Shown: positions 38,036-50,512, counted from the first letter of the whole stretch. The stretch: DNA of 63,911 nt, filler included, from Octopus bimaculoides (GCF_001194135.2; 8 parts of 7 records of this genome joined end to end with filler, not necessarily neighbours in it), one strand, 5' to 3'. A program made the numbers and translations. Notes: generated by a model not told the origin, from the letters alone.

Positions 38036-38437
38036 ATGACAGATCCTATATAATATTGTATTGAAAATACAATTATTTTTATAGAAATAATAATTATTTC
38101 TAATGTGGTATACCACCAGCATAATAAAGAGTATCATGACAGAAAAATACTGTACAGATCACATGACTATATAAAGTATAAAGATTTATTATTGGAGTTG
38201 TTTTTCTCTAGCAAATGATTTGATCTGAAACTGTTTGTTAAAACTGAAGAAACTACATCATGCAGGAGCCACTTAATAACATATAATATTGTTAAATTTA
38301 AGGAGAATTTAACAGCTTTGTATATTATTAAATGGCTTTTCTACAATGTAGTAACTGTAATTTAAATTTTCTAAAATTTATTTAACACTATACCATATGT
38401 AAAATTATGACGTTAATGTTATAAATGAAGATAAAAA

Positions 38438-38632
38438 AAGGCAGTGAGCTGGCAGAAACCTTAGCACACTGGACGAAATACTTAGCAGTATTTTGCCCGT
38501 CGCTATGCTCTGAGTTCAAATTCAGCCAAGGTCAACTTTGCCTTTCATCCTTTTGGGGTTGATAAATTAAGTACCAGTCAAGTAATAGGGTTGATGTAAT
38601 GGTCTTTCCCCTCCCCACCAAAATTTCAGGAT
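38438..38632 (+). mobile_element. SINE family A
   Basis: AAGGCAGTGAGCTGGCAGAAAC...CTTTGCCTTTCATCC...AAGTACCAG. Confidence 0.8.
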
Positions 38633-39180
38633 TATATGAAGATAAAGTTGATGTAGTAGAGTGAGGGGAACAGTGGTAGATGTAATGATAACTTGCCATT
38701 ATGGGTTAATAGAGCTAACAATACATTGGTCATTGTATTTCACTCACAGAAGTTTGAAGTGAGAAAGAAGAGAGTGAATCAACATTAGAGTGATTCATCA
38801 ATATCATCGATATATATATATACCAGCTGCAATAGGGTTAAGAAGAAATTGGCTTGAAAAATGAGTTAAGAGTTAGTTATTTATATGCAGATGTTGATTT
38901 TTGATAATGAGTTCCCTTAAGGCTCTAAGATGATAATATTGCTGAAAATTTTTGTTGACAAGTCAATGTATGAAATAACGTTATCAAGAGATTCTCATAC
39001 AAAAGAAAGTTCAGGTTTCTCAAGCAATAGTTTGCTGTCATCATCCTCAATATCCATGCTATTACCAATGAAAACTTCATCTGCTATTTCTTGGTGTCTA
39101 TGAGCATTCTCTGTGTTTCTAAACAGGTTCTGATGCCATCTTCTGTGATGTCTGTTTTATCTATAATCTGTTACAACATT

Positions 39181-39396
39181 ACAGTTCTATATTTGAGAGA
39201 TGAGGAATTATTTACATTATTTACATTATTTACATTTGACGGATATTTGTCCTCATCTTGTTTGTTGTTAACACAACGTTTTGGCTGATATATTTCCCCA
39301 AGACACCTGACGAAGGCTGGAGGGTATATCAGCCGAAACGTTGAGTTAACAACGAACAAGATGAGGACAAATATCCGTCAAATGTAAATAATGCTA
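39181..39396. mobile_element. 216-bp foldback insertion with 10-bp TSD (TTACAACATT), hammerhead-bearing
   Basis: TSD at 39171-39180 and 39397-39406; inverted arms at about 39224-39292 and 39325-39393. Confidence 0.85.
39303..39346 (+). ncRNA. Minimal type I hammerhead ribozyme motif
   Basis: ACAC-CTGACGA-A-GGCTG-gagggtatat-CAGCC-GAAAC-GTT-GAGT: canonical core, 5-bp stem II, palindromic AACGTT helix III. Confidence 0.75.
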
Positions 39397-40696
39397 TTAC
39401 AACATTGTACAGAATTTTTTTTCCTTATTTCTTGTTTTCCTTTTCTTTTTGTTAACAATAGCTTCAGTGGTAATTTATGTTACACCTTGTAAAGCTTGAG
39501 GCTGTAGTTCTTGGTGTAACTAAGAGTTCTTTGTCATTGTGTGTCATACTTTATCACAATAAGAAATTATTTCAAATATCAGTATTGTTGTACAGTTATA
39601 TCTTGATCAGTTGGATAGATCATTGAGGTGACATTGAAGGGTAAGAATATGCATCCTATTTTACCATCATTACCAACAAGTTGGTGTTCACCTGGATGAA
39701 CAGATGTGGTATCCAATATTTGTAGCATTTTCATCTTTCCAGTAGAAATTCTAAGAAGGAAATGTTAGAAAAAAGTAGCTATTGAAAATATTTACATAGA
39801 ACCATAGTTTCTTTAAATGGTAGTAATGCATTTTTAACCTTTGCACCAGAGTCATCTTAACACTATAATAATATCAGGCAAAACAATACATTGGGGCCCC
39901 TATCAAAATAACCACAGCATTCATGGGTTAGCATTGGATCTTTAAACTCATGGAGCTTCCAGTCAGCTTCCCTATCTGCCCATGCATTAAGGCAGTTCTG
40001 TTTCATACTCTTCTGCATATCTGCTGCATTTGTACATCTCAAGACTGAAAACATTTATATATAACTTGAAACCAGGTGTTTACACTTTATGCTTTAACAA
40101 CAATGTGTTTTGAGTTAAAGACAGCCATTTCAACCCAGTTTCATTCTCATTGAAGCATTTAAGAAATTAGGAACTCTTTTCACTTCATTTAAGTCATCCA
40201 ATTTCTTCGTGAATGGTTCAATTATTTTTCATTGGTATCCTGCCTTCTTTGCCACGGGGGATTGTATTGCTCATTCCTTGGTGATTTCTAGATTATAGTA
40301 AACACAAGTTACTAGCTTCGAAATTCTTGATGGTCGTATCTCTAACTGGTTTGGTGGGAAAACTTGGAATTTCTATGCCAAGGTGTTATTACTACAAGTG
40401 TTTTTGAGGATAAGCCACTTTTCCAAAACCACCTAAAATTTTTATATCTTTGATCTTACGTACACTCTCTACAGCTTGAAATGATGACTGAGAAATTGTA
40501 TTGACATTATGTGTCAGAAAATGCAGTGACCTATTTCTAGTCTTGTGTATATCCCAAACTAAGGATAATTTTGACATGCACAAGCCAACATAAACATCCT
40601 CTCAGCCCTCTATCCATCAGTTATATCTGTATGTGTGTGGGGGGGGGAGGTGTATGAGTATACTGTTCTTTACACAACCAAGAGCATTTATTCTTC

Positions 40697-40732
<36 letters not shown>

Positions 40733-43156
40733 GAACACACAAACACACACACATATTTGTATGGAAGTTAGGCAAAAAAATTCCATTTTGGAAACATATT
40801 TGCTATGTAGCCAAAGTTAACTTTGATTTAAGTGATTTATAACAAATGCCTTCCTGCCATCTTTATCTCACTTTTTATATATCAGAGGTTTTATATATCT
40901 GTGTAGAAGCTTGACCTGTTAGAAGTAGCAGCAAAATCTCCTTTAAATCATACCTTACCATTTAATACATGTTTTGATATATTAGATTATTCAATCCAGT
41001 ATATAAATATTCCGAAAAAGAAGATAGAATAGTGATGGTTATAATGCCAGTTGGATGATTAAATTTCAACACAGGAAAACATAGTCGTTGATTCAGATCT
41101 ATGGATCTGTGGATCACACCTATTTACTAGACCAACTATTTGCATGACATTGGGTCTGCTCAAACAGGGCTTATCTGAAGCTATGCAACAATAATTAACA
41201 CTAATCACTTGCTACAATTACATAAACTGATTACTACCATGCTCATTTGGTCAATTACAACTGTAATGTTCTTATTCCTTTGTACTTTTTGATAGATTTT
41301 GTCTGCACTGTGTGAAAATTTTCTGCCAGATATTGTGCTCACCTGTAATCTGCAGCAAACTGTTTGACCTTAATAGTTTTCTCACCTCTCTGCACATAAC
41401 ACTTCATTCCTATTGTGTTCTGCTCAGTCACAATTCTTACATATTTTATATACAGTGTACCCAGTATATATAGTTCTCTAACACCTCCATGCAATATGTA
41501 TTCTATTTTCATTTTTGTACTGTCCAGCACATTTTTTCTCACCTCTCCATCGTATATAATCTAACCATATAAGCGTCTTTCACATCTTCCACTTAAATCT
41601 TATTACTATACTCTTGTATTTAATTTTTTCATCACAATTTCAGTTATGGAGTGTTTTATATTATTTATTATGATTTTAGTATATATCTTTTTTCTTCTTG
41701 CTGTTTTGCTATTTACTTGATATGTTTTATTTTAAACTGAGATGATACTAAGTGTTATTATATTTACTCACTATGTGTATAATTTTCATATTACTGAAAA
41801 TCTTTAAAAGTTTTGTTTTTTCTATTTTTAACTATTTTAACTGCTCATTTTAATATTCTTTTTTTTATTCAACTATTGTTTGCTCTGCATATATATATTT
41901 ATATATATATATGTGTGTGTGTATGTATGTCTGCATATTTGTATGTATGTATGCATAATGTACCTTGATTTGCTAATTTGCTTCTGTGATTTAGATAGCT
42001 CAATTGTTGCATATATTTGATGCTTGAACATTGTTGCACTGTGCAGTAGTTTGTTTTGTTCTTTATGTATGAAGTGAGTAAATCAACAGAAATTGATGTT
42101 TCTAGTAATCAAAAGAAAAATGTAATGCAAAAGATAAAGAAACTGAAGAAAATGAACAAATATATATAAGCATGTGTATACATACATACATACATACATA
42201 CATACATACATGCGCACACACACACATACACACACACACATACACACACACACACATGCACATACATACATAAACCAGCCTGCAAACAAAGCATTATTTC
42301 TATGAAAGGGTGTTGCAAGATAATTGGTAACTTGAAACAATTCTGAATATATGATGCTTTGAAACATTACTCCAAGGGATTTCTATAGGGGTTATCCTTT
42401 ATAACTGCTCTCATTATCTGTTGTTGTTATTGAATTAGCTTTGTTTTCATAAAGCAGTCAAACAAGTCACTATGCAAGTTTCCTCACAAACAGTCATAAA
42501 ACTTACTGCATCATTTTCAGCATGTGTGTATGTCAGTGTGTGTATGTGTATACATGTGTGCATGTGTGCGGATGTATGTATGTATGTATGTATGTCATAA
42601 CCATTTTTTTATTCACTTCTCACATAAGTTGGTTGTGTTGTCACAATCCGAGTAGTTCTAATTCAGAGTTACTGCACTTCTAGATGGGTTGGAGAACTGC
42701 ATCTAACTTGTAGATTATAATTCTAACTTGGTTTCTATGGCTGGATGCTTTTTTGGTTGCTTCTAAGTTTTGTTCACATATAGCTTTGTACTATAAAGCA
42801 GAAGGATCTGCACTAAGTTACATTTGTCTTCACTGCAGTGTTTGTTAAAAATTACCAGTGTCCAACTGGTTCTGTAGAATAGAATTCATTACACTATCAC
42901 ATGCAATTAGCCTAATCAGCTTTTCAGGTACACCCATCTTCAGCATCACAGTTCAGAGCATGTCGTAGTTGAATACCTTCTTCAGATCTACAAAGTTAGT
43001 AAATGCATCCAACATGCACAAATAAATGTGAATCTGGGATTGGTTTGTACATGTATATGAAAGCTCACTTTAGATGACAGGAACAGTGGGCTAAAATATA
43101 CATAGGTATGTGTGTTTTTGAATATATGCTTGCAGATACACATATCCATATATATA

Positions 43157-43193
<37 letters not shown>

Positions 43194-43204
43194 CATCATC
43201 ATCA

Positions 43205-43469
43205 TCATCATCGTTTAACGTCCGCTTTCCATGCTAGCATGGGTTGGACGATTTGACTGAGGACTGGTGCAACCTGATGGCTACACCAGGCTCCAATCTA
43301 ATTTGGCAGAGTTTCTACAGCTGGATGCCCTTCCTAACGCCAACCACTCAGAGAGTGTAGTGGGTGCTTTTACGTGTCACCCGCACGAAAACGGCCACGC
43401 TCGAAATGGTGTCTTTTATGTGCCACCCGCACAAGAGCCAGTCCAGGGTCACTGGCAACGATCTCGCTC
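43205..43469 (-). mobile_element. RTE-related 3' end repeat (well-preserved copy, cut by gap)
   Basis: CATCATCGTTTAACGTCCGCTTTCCATGCTAGCATGGGTTGGACG... Confidence 0.75.
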
Positions 43470-43581
43470 NNNNNNNNNNNNNNNNNNNNNNNNNNNNNNN
43501 NNNNNNNNNNNNNTTAATTAATTAANNNNNNNNNNNNNNNNNNNNNNNNNNNNNNNNNNNNNNNNNNNNTAATTGCTAGAT

Positions 43582-43718
43582 CAGTGGTTTCCATATATAT
43601 ATATATATATTTTTTTTTTTGCCGCGGAATCCTTCGACATAATTTTTTAAAACGTGAGAACCCCTGATAACTTTCAAGGAACCCTGGGGCTTTGCAGAAC
43701 ACACTTTGGGAATCCCTG
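43582..43718. mobile_element. Possible hAT-type MITE
   Basis: Ends CAGTGGTTTCC and GGGAATCCCTG form an imperfect TIR; no TSD found. Confidence 0.35.
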
Positions 43719-44246
43719 CTCCAAATTAGCAACTCTACACCATATTGTGGACATTTACTGGTAACTGCACATGACATCCTGCAACTTTTTTTCCATTTCT
43801 ATGGGGAACAACATATTATGAGATATAAATTGATTTCACTCAGCTAGTCTGTTAAGTTTGATGGATACAAATAAAAGAGTAAGTGTAAATATTTATAAGA
43901 GCCACGCAGTCTTGTTTATCTGTTTTCTAAGACGTGTGTTTTGTTGCATAGAATTGATATTACTGTAATTCATTGTGTTTTTGCTTTTATTCGTTTAGAG
44001 ATCAGTTGGGCTTTTGCTGCTGATACGGTACCTTGGATTCTAATTTGAATTTCAGCCCCTCAAAAGTAGTATCCATGTAATTGTCGACCCCATAAATTTG
44101 AGCCTTAAAATATGATCTAAAGAATTCGACTTTTACACGAGTATATACGGTTATTAAGTTCTTTCACTTTCACCCTTCTTGTTTCGGTTTCAATGTGAGT
44201 TCTGCATGACTGCTAGCGGTATGTCATTCAAGAAAAGCTTCAGAAG

Positions 44247-46200
44247 TTGTTCAGAAGAACAAGGAAAAATTGGGGGAGAAATTTGGTGTATTTCCAGTCC
44301 CATTCATCTAGAGGTCATGTGCCTGTAGAAGAAGCCTCACTGGCCAGCAGAAACCGAATGCCACTCAAGGAGCAGATTGTTGGTCGGTACCAGTTTCTTG
44401 GGAAATCAATTAAAGGCAGAAAGGAGAGAGTGGTGGAATTATCAAGAAAAGTGACACTTCTGTGGAGAGATAAATTAAATTTTCCAATCATTTCCGAGCA
44501 AGCTATACAGTGCAAGGTCGAAAATGTGCTTCATTTGTATGAAAAATGCACCAAGAAAGGAAAAATTGAGCCATTAAAAGAACTGTTCGATATCACAAAA
44601 ATCCACGGTGAATGGCTCAATACTGATGACAAAAAGCTATACTCCATCCAACTCCAAAGCAGGAGTAAAGTGGGCTATTCGACAAGAAAAGCTGCAAGCA
44701 AGCATACTACCCATCATTCCAAAAGAAGAAGATGCTCTGATGTTGAAGCCTCCCATTCTTTATCAAACCCAACAGCCTTGGATACTGATAGTGACTCTGA
44801 AAAAGACGAGATTGAAGAGTACAATTATGGGGAAGATAACAGAGTTGATCAATATTCCTCCACAAGAAGACACACAAATCTACAGTTGGTACGAGACTTT
44901 TAACTGGAACAAACGTCTCTACCAACAAATCTGCGAATATCTGCAAATAGTTGTCAGAGGAGGGCATTGATATCCCAGCACCTAGCTAGCAAGGCATTTA
45001 CAAGGCACTCTTCAAGAAAGCTGGTGAAATGAAGAAACACTTGATCGATACACTACACAATCAGAAATGGAGCCTGTATTTCGATGGTAAACATATTCTT
45101 TTCTACTCTAGGCACAAGGCCCGAAATTTTGGAGGAGGGGGCAAGTCGATTAGATCGACCCCAGTACGCAACTGGTACTTAATTTATCGACTCCGAAAGG
45201 ATGAAAGGCAAAGTCGACCTCGGTGGAATTTGAACTCAGAATGTAAAGACAGAAGAAATGCCGCTAAGCATTTTTCCCAGCGTTCTAACGTTTCTGCCAG
45301 CTCGCCGCCTTCGATGGTAAACATATTGACGGAAGTGACTATTAAGCGGTTGCCATCAAGAACGAAACAAGTGAAATCAAGCTAGCTGTTCTAAAGCTGT
45401 GTAATTGCAAGGCTGAGATCATTACAGAAGGATTGAAAAGCGTTTTGGACGAATTTCACTTGTGGGGTGCAATCTCAATGATTATTGCCTATACGACGAG
45501 TGTGAATACAGGATAAAGGAGTGGGGGTAGTGATTAGACTGCAGAGAATGCTCTTGAGCTAAGGCTATGACAAGCGACAATTCGTGAGCTGCCAACACCA
45601 TGTCTTGGACAGAATCCTGCACGTTGTTATAGATGAGGAGTTAGCAGGTGCAAGCAATTCACCCAACATCAAATATTTTTTTGTCAAAGAACTCATGAGA
45701 AGTTATGAAGAACTCCAAAGTTCCTTCCAGAATGGAACTCATGTCACTGAAGATCAAGCTGGCTGGAGAGATGATATGAAGTTTCTGTTCCACTTAACCC
45801 GTACCTTCAGGTTCTTCCATGAAAACGTAGACCTACTTTTCATCAAATTTCAGAAAATTCCGAACATCAGTAATATCAGATGGAATTCATGAGCAATCTT
45901 AGCCCTTCTTGCATTTTTCCTCATGCCACATGTGAGAGAAAGATTGCAGATAGTCTGCCAGTTCATCTCATATGAGTGGACGGACCGCTGGTTCAGTGAC
46001 CAAATGTATAGAGCTGAAGGTTATGTAGAGCTATCGAAAGCCTTACTACCCTACAAGACTACTTTGAAATGTTTGACAAATCGCTGGAAAAAAAGAGCCA
46101 TCAAAACAGAAACAACCAATGTTGTGACCGAGCAATTAAGACCATGCAAGAACTACACCCCACATGCAAGAACAAAGCCAACCTGCCATTGCGTTTCATT
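44247..46200 (+). pseudogene. hAT-superfamily (hATm-like) transposase pseudogene
   Basis: WSLYFDGKHI, YTTSVNTG (cf. DTTxxNTG), SCQHHVLD (CxxH), SNIRWNS and C-terminal CCDRAIK. Stops, frameshifts and a SINE insertion. No TIRs identified. Confidence 0.8.
45098..45310 (-). mobile_element. SINE family A inserted in the transposase, 17-bp TSD
   Basis: TCGATGGTAAACATATT at 45081-45097 and 45311-45327. Confidence 0.92.
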
Positions 46201-46604
46201 CTGTCTAATGACTTGCCGCAATTTGACTAATTTAACTTTATGACTTACCTACTTTTTTATTGTTCTGGAATGAGGAATACAGTTCTTTTAACAGTAACAG
46301 GTTAAACGCTTTGGATCTTTTCCTCTTTTTGTTTATTACAACCAGGCTTCTAGTTTTTGGAAATCCACCCAAATGCAAACGAATATTAAAATTTCAAAGT
46401 TAGTCATAACTTTTTTTTGATCAACTATATAAACAAATATTGATTTTCATTGTTTTCTAGCAAAAGCTCATCAGAATATAATGCAGAACTATGGAGTTGC
46501 AAAAAAGTTGTCTCCTTAATAAACGCGCGCGCGCGCGCTTTAGTAATATTATTATTTCTAAATCTCTCTAAAGGAGACTACGGCAGCAGTACTGGGTATT
46601 AATT

Positions 46605-46720
46605 GTTATCGCCAAGTTAACATGGCAGTCCAGAAAAATAACACGAATTCTGCCCTTGGAGCTAATCAACGGCAGCATTCGTCCTATTTTTCTGGACTGC
46701 CATGTTAGCTTGGCGATGAC
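46605..46720. repeat. 116-bp near-perfect hairpin / small MITE
   Basis: 36-bp outer arms with 2 mismatches (both U-G on plus strand) and inner ACGAAT/ATTCGT and CTGCC/GGCAG pairings. Confidence 0.85.
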
Positions 46721-46755
46721 TATATATATGTGTGTGTATATATATATATATATGT

Positions 46756-46826
<71 letters not shown>

Positions 46827-46984
46827 CAAGTAGAAAGATAAATTTTATTCAACGCATAGATACTGAACAGTATAGATATAAAGGATAAAATCCTTTTTTT
46901 CTTTTTAAAAGGAGAAAAATTTGTCGGCAGCCAATATATAAATATATGCATATATCCATACATATATGTACATACCTACATCTA

Positions 46985-47125
46985 TATGTATACATACATG
47001 CATACCTGGGTACAGGACATCAAGAAAAACTTTAAACATAAAAACGAAAACAGAAAACGAACTTTTTTCGAACAACGAAAAAAACAGAGAAACGAGACAT
47101 GCAACATAAAGAGTATACCCCTTCG
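46985..47125 (-). repeat. Repeat family P (also 37710-37780, 48558-48640, 60360-60570)
   Basis: Shared GGGTACAGGACATCA and ACAACGAAA...AGAAACGAGACA.GCAA.ATAAAG motifs. Confidence 0.65.
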
Positions 47126-47804
47126 TATACGTATATGTATATATGCGCGCGTGTGTGTGCGTGTATGTATGTGGCTGTGTGTCTGTGAATAGTATGCGTC
47201 TGTGTGCGCGCATGTGTCGTCCATGTGTATTCAATATGACTAGCACTATTGAAAAAAAAAACTGTTGTATATATCAAATGTATCAAAATATAAACAAACA
47301 CAAAACTGTATTTAACAGGATATAAAGGTAACAGCTATTCCTTTATGTATGTATGTATGTATACCTATCTATCTAGTTATATACAGAGACACGCGCACTC
47401 TCGCACACACACACACACACACACGCACGCACGCACACACACACACACAGACACACACACACACTCACACACGCTCGCGCGCGCGCAAAGACGCTGGCGC
47501 GTTGCTATATTTTCAAGTGTTGTTAACTACAAAATTGACTACACAAAGTAAATATAACTCGATACTTAACCTGCGGTACGTTTATTACATACATTATTTC
47601 TACCATCCTTACATCGCATAAATAAAATTTCCATGCCCTATACTCAAATATTTATGTTAATGGAGGTTACTCACCCAGTCACCGTCATCAGAATATAGCT
47701 TTCGGGCCCTAAGCTTTGCGTATCATGATTATAAAGAAGCTGGAAGTAATATGGTCCGGAGAGCCAAGAAAGGGTTTCGGAACATGTGCGAGGGAATCTT
47801 TATA

Positions 47805-47946
47805 TTCTTTTCTACTCTTGACATAAGGTCCAAAATTTTGGGAAAGTCGATTAGATTCGACTCTAGTACGCAACTGGTACTTAATTTATCGACTCCGAAA
47901 GGATGAAAGGCAAAGTCGACCTCCGCGGAATTTGAACTCAGAACGT
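47805..47946 (-). mobile_element. SINE family A, 3' two-thirds
   Basis: GGTACTTAATTTATCGACTCCGAAAGGATGAAAGGCAAAGTCGACCTC, identical to the 45.1 kb copy. Confidence 0.85.
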
Positions 47947-47964
47947 ACGTACGTCAGGCCTCTT

Positions 47965-48004
47965 CTTACTGAAGACTGTTGTGACGCGAAACACGTGTGC
48001 TGAG
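47965..48004 (+). ncRNA. Degenerate hammerhead-like motif
   Basis: CTTA-CTGAAGA-ctgttgtgacgc-GAA-ACACGTGT-gc-TGAG: palindromic 8-nt helix III, weak stem II. Confidence 0.35.
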
Positions 48005-48119
48005 ATATTCATTATAAATAAACTACACATCACATTTATTATCTTGGGCAAGTGTCTTTTAACATAGCCGAGGATCAATCCAAGATTGTGAATGAAATTA
48101 ACGATTTTTTTTTTTTACT

Positions 48120-48270
48120 TGAAGAATATTAAGTCGAACGAATCGACTACTACATGTTTTTTTGTTAAGTCTGGTACTTATTCTATCGGACACTTTTTGC
48201 TGAATCACTAAGTTACTGGGACGTAAACACACTAACACCGCTTCTGAAGCAGTAGTGAGGGACAAACACA
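48120..48270 (-). mobile_element. SINE family C fragment
   Basis: GGTACTTATTCTATCGG...AAGTTACTGGGACGTAAACAC is the reverse complement of the family C body. Confidence 0.65.
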
Positions 48271-48328
48271 GACACAAAGATACATACACACGCACACACA
48301 CACACACACATACTCACACCCACACACA

Positions 48329-48372
<44 letters not shown>

Positions 48373-48652
48373 CACGCACACAAACGCACGCACGCGCATA
48401 CACATATACATACATACATGTACATGCATACAGAGACACACGCACGCGCGCGCACATNNNNNNNNNNNNNNNNNNNNNNNNNNNNNNNNNNNNNNNNNNN
48501 NTTAATTAATTAANNNNNNNNNNNNNNNNNNNNNNNNNNNNNNNNNNNNNNNNNNNNACAACGAAAGAAACAAATAGAGAAACGAGACAGGCAAAATAAA
48601 GAACATTCCCTTCATCAGTTGTCCCCTGTTTTATGTACTTTATATGTATGTA

Positions 48653-48712
<60 letters not shown>

Positions 48713-48721
48713 GTGTTGTGT

Positions 48722-48890
48722 TGTGTTGTGTTCTTGAGTAGACCACTTCATTTCACGTTGCGCCAGTCCACCCAGCTAGCAAATATAAGTAATAATGAGA
48801 CGGATCGGTGTCCTGTCCAGGTGGGGAATATATATGCCGAGAAAATCGGGAAACCGGCCCTATGAGTCTGTAACTCTTGAAACCAAAACT
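48722..48890 (+). mobile_element. SINE-like 3' fragment with (TTA)n tail
   Basis: TTGAGTAGACCACTT...CCACCCAG...TCCTGTCCAGG...GGAAACCGGCCCTATGAG, then (TTA)n. Confidence 0.45.
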
Positions 48891-49094
48891 TATTATTATT
48901 ATTATTATTATTATTATCATCAACGTCATCATAACACTCATTATTATCATTGTGTTATTCACCGAAAATTGAGGCATTGGATCATGAACTTGTAACCACA
49001 TTCCTGCCAATAACCACATCTGTTAGTTTTTCACCTTCACAAACCTTCTTCAGGCGTTTCGTGTGCGTGTAAAATAAAATAAAAGAAATAAACA

Positions 49095-49135
<41 letters not shown>

Positions 49136-49199
49136 TAACAACAACAACAATATTGTCTACAGAAACAAACAAACAAACAAAATTAATGTTTTCATTTTC

Positions 49200-49487
49200 T
49201 AACGGAATATGAGACGGCGTTGGCTGTGAGAGGTGTGAGCTGTCTCAAACAGCCTAATGTTGTTAATAGACAAGCTTAAACTTATTCCTTCCGCCGCCAT
49301 TATACGTTGATCGTTCTAAGATGGCGGCGAAAGAAGCTGTCGTTTGCATCTTCATAATTCATCATTTTAACACGTTATGGACACGAACGAGCGAAAATGG
49401 CGTCAGCTTTTATTTTCCACACGGAAAAGCGAATTCTCCAGATTAACCGACCGCATTCACACAAAACCAGTGCAGTGAACAGATAGC

Positions 49488-49490
<3 letters not shown>
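49200..49490. promoter_or_regulatory. CpG-rich unique island with three YY1-type motifs (probable promoter)
   Basis: CCGCCGCCATT (49291-49301, minus), AAGATGGCGGC (49318-49328) and AAAATGGCG (49394-49402); non-repetitive and CpG-dense relative to surroundings. Confidence 0.6.
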
Positions 49491-49526
<36 letters not shown>

Positions 49527-50324
49527 NNNNNNNNNNNNNNNNNNNNNNNNNNNNNNNNNNNNNNNNNNNNNNNNNNNNNNNNNNNNNNNNNNNNNNNNNN
49601 NNNNNNNNNNNNNNNNNNNNNNNNNNNNNNNNNNNNNNNNNNNNNNNNNNNNNNNNNNNNNNNNNNNNNNNNNNNNNNNNNNNNNNNNNNNNNNNNNNNN
49701 NNNNNNNNNNNNNNNNNNNNNNNNNNNNNNNNNNNNNNNNNNNNNNNNNNNNNNNNNNNNNNNNNNNNNNNNNNNNNNNNNNNNNNNNNNNNNNNNNNNN
49801 NNNNNNNNNNNNNNNNNNNNNNNNNNNNNNNNNNNNNNNNNNNNNNNNNNNNNNNNNNNNNNNNNNNNNNNNNNNNNNNNNNNNNNNNNNNNNNNNNNNN
49901 NNNNNNNNNNNNNNNNNNNNNNNNNNNNNNNNNNNNNNNNNNNNNNNNNNNNNNNNNNNNNNNNNNNNNNNNNNNNNNNNNNNNNNNNNNNNNNNNNNNN
50001 NNNNNNNNNNNNNNNNNNNNNNNNNNNNNNNNNNNNNNNNNNNNNNNNNNNNNNNNNNNNNNNNNNNNNNNNNNNNNNNNNNNNNNNNNNNNNNNNNNNN
50101 NNNNNNNNNAGGAGGAGAAAATGTAAGCGAGAAAATTTGGGAAGGTAGTTAAGAATAAAAGGATGGCAAAGAGGAGATAATAATTGACTTAGACAAGAGA
50201 AAAATGGGGAAAGCCTTGAAACGGTATGAAAGATATGCGTATATATATGTATGTGTGTATGTGTGGCAGATGAAATGATGGTAGGGTGAAACAGATATAT
50301 ATATATATATATACACATATACAG

Positions 50325-50357
<33 letters not shown>

Positions 50358-50372
50358 CATATATATATATAT

Positions 50373-50428
<56 letters not shown>

Positions 50429-50512
50429 TGTATCGGTGTACAGAGCATTGCATGTCTATTGTTTGGTAATATTTGGTAGAGTGAGAGATGTATGTGAAAG
50501 AGCAGAGTTGGT

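Larger units (their letters stand above)
38930..40560 (-). pseudogene. pogo/Tigger (DDE_1) transposase remnant
   Basis: FNENETGLKW (cf. YNADETGL.W), KMLQILDTTSVHP, KIGCIFLPFNVTSMIYPTDQDI (cf. FLPPN.TS.IQP.DQG) and an acidic C-terminal HQEIADEV..DIEDDD. Interrupted at 39181-39396. Confidence 0.8.

Noticed and set aside
41339-41620. Minus-strand exon-like blocks with GTGAG donors
   Set aside because: Purine-rich acceptors, incompatible phases and a repeated GAGAGGTGAGAAAA motif suggest decayed repeat.
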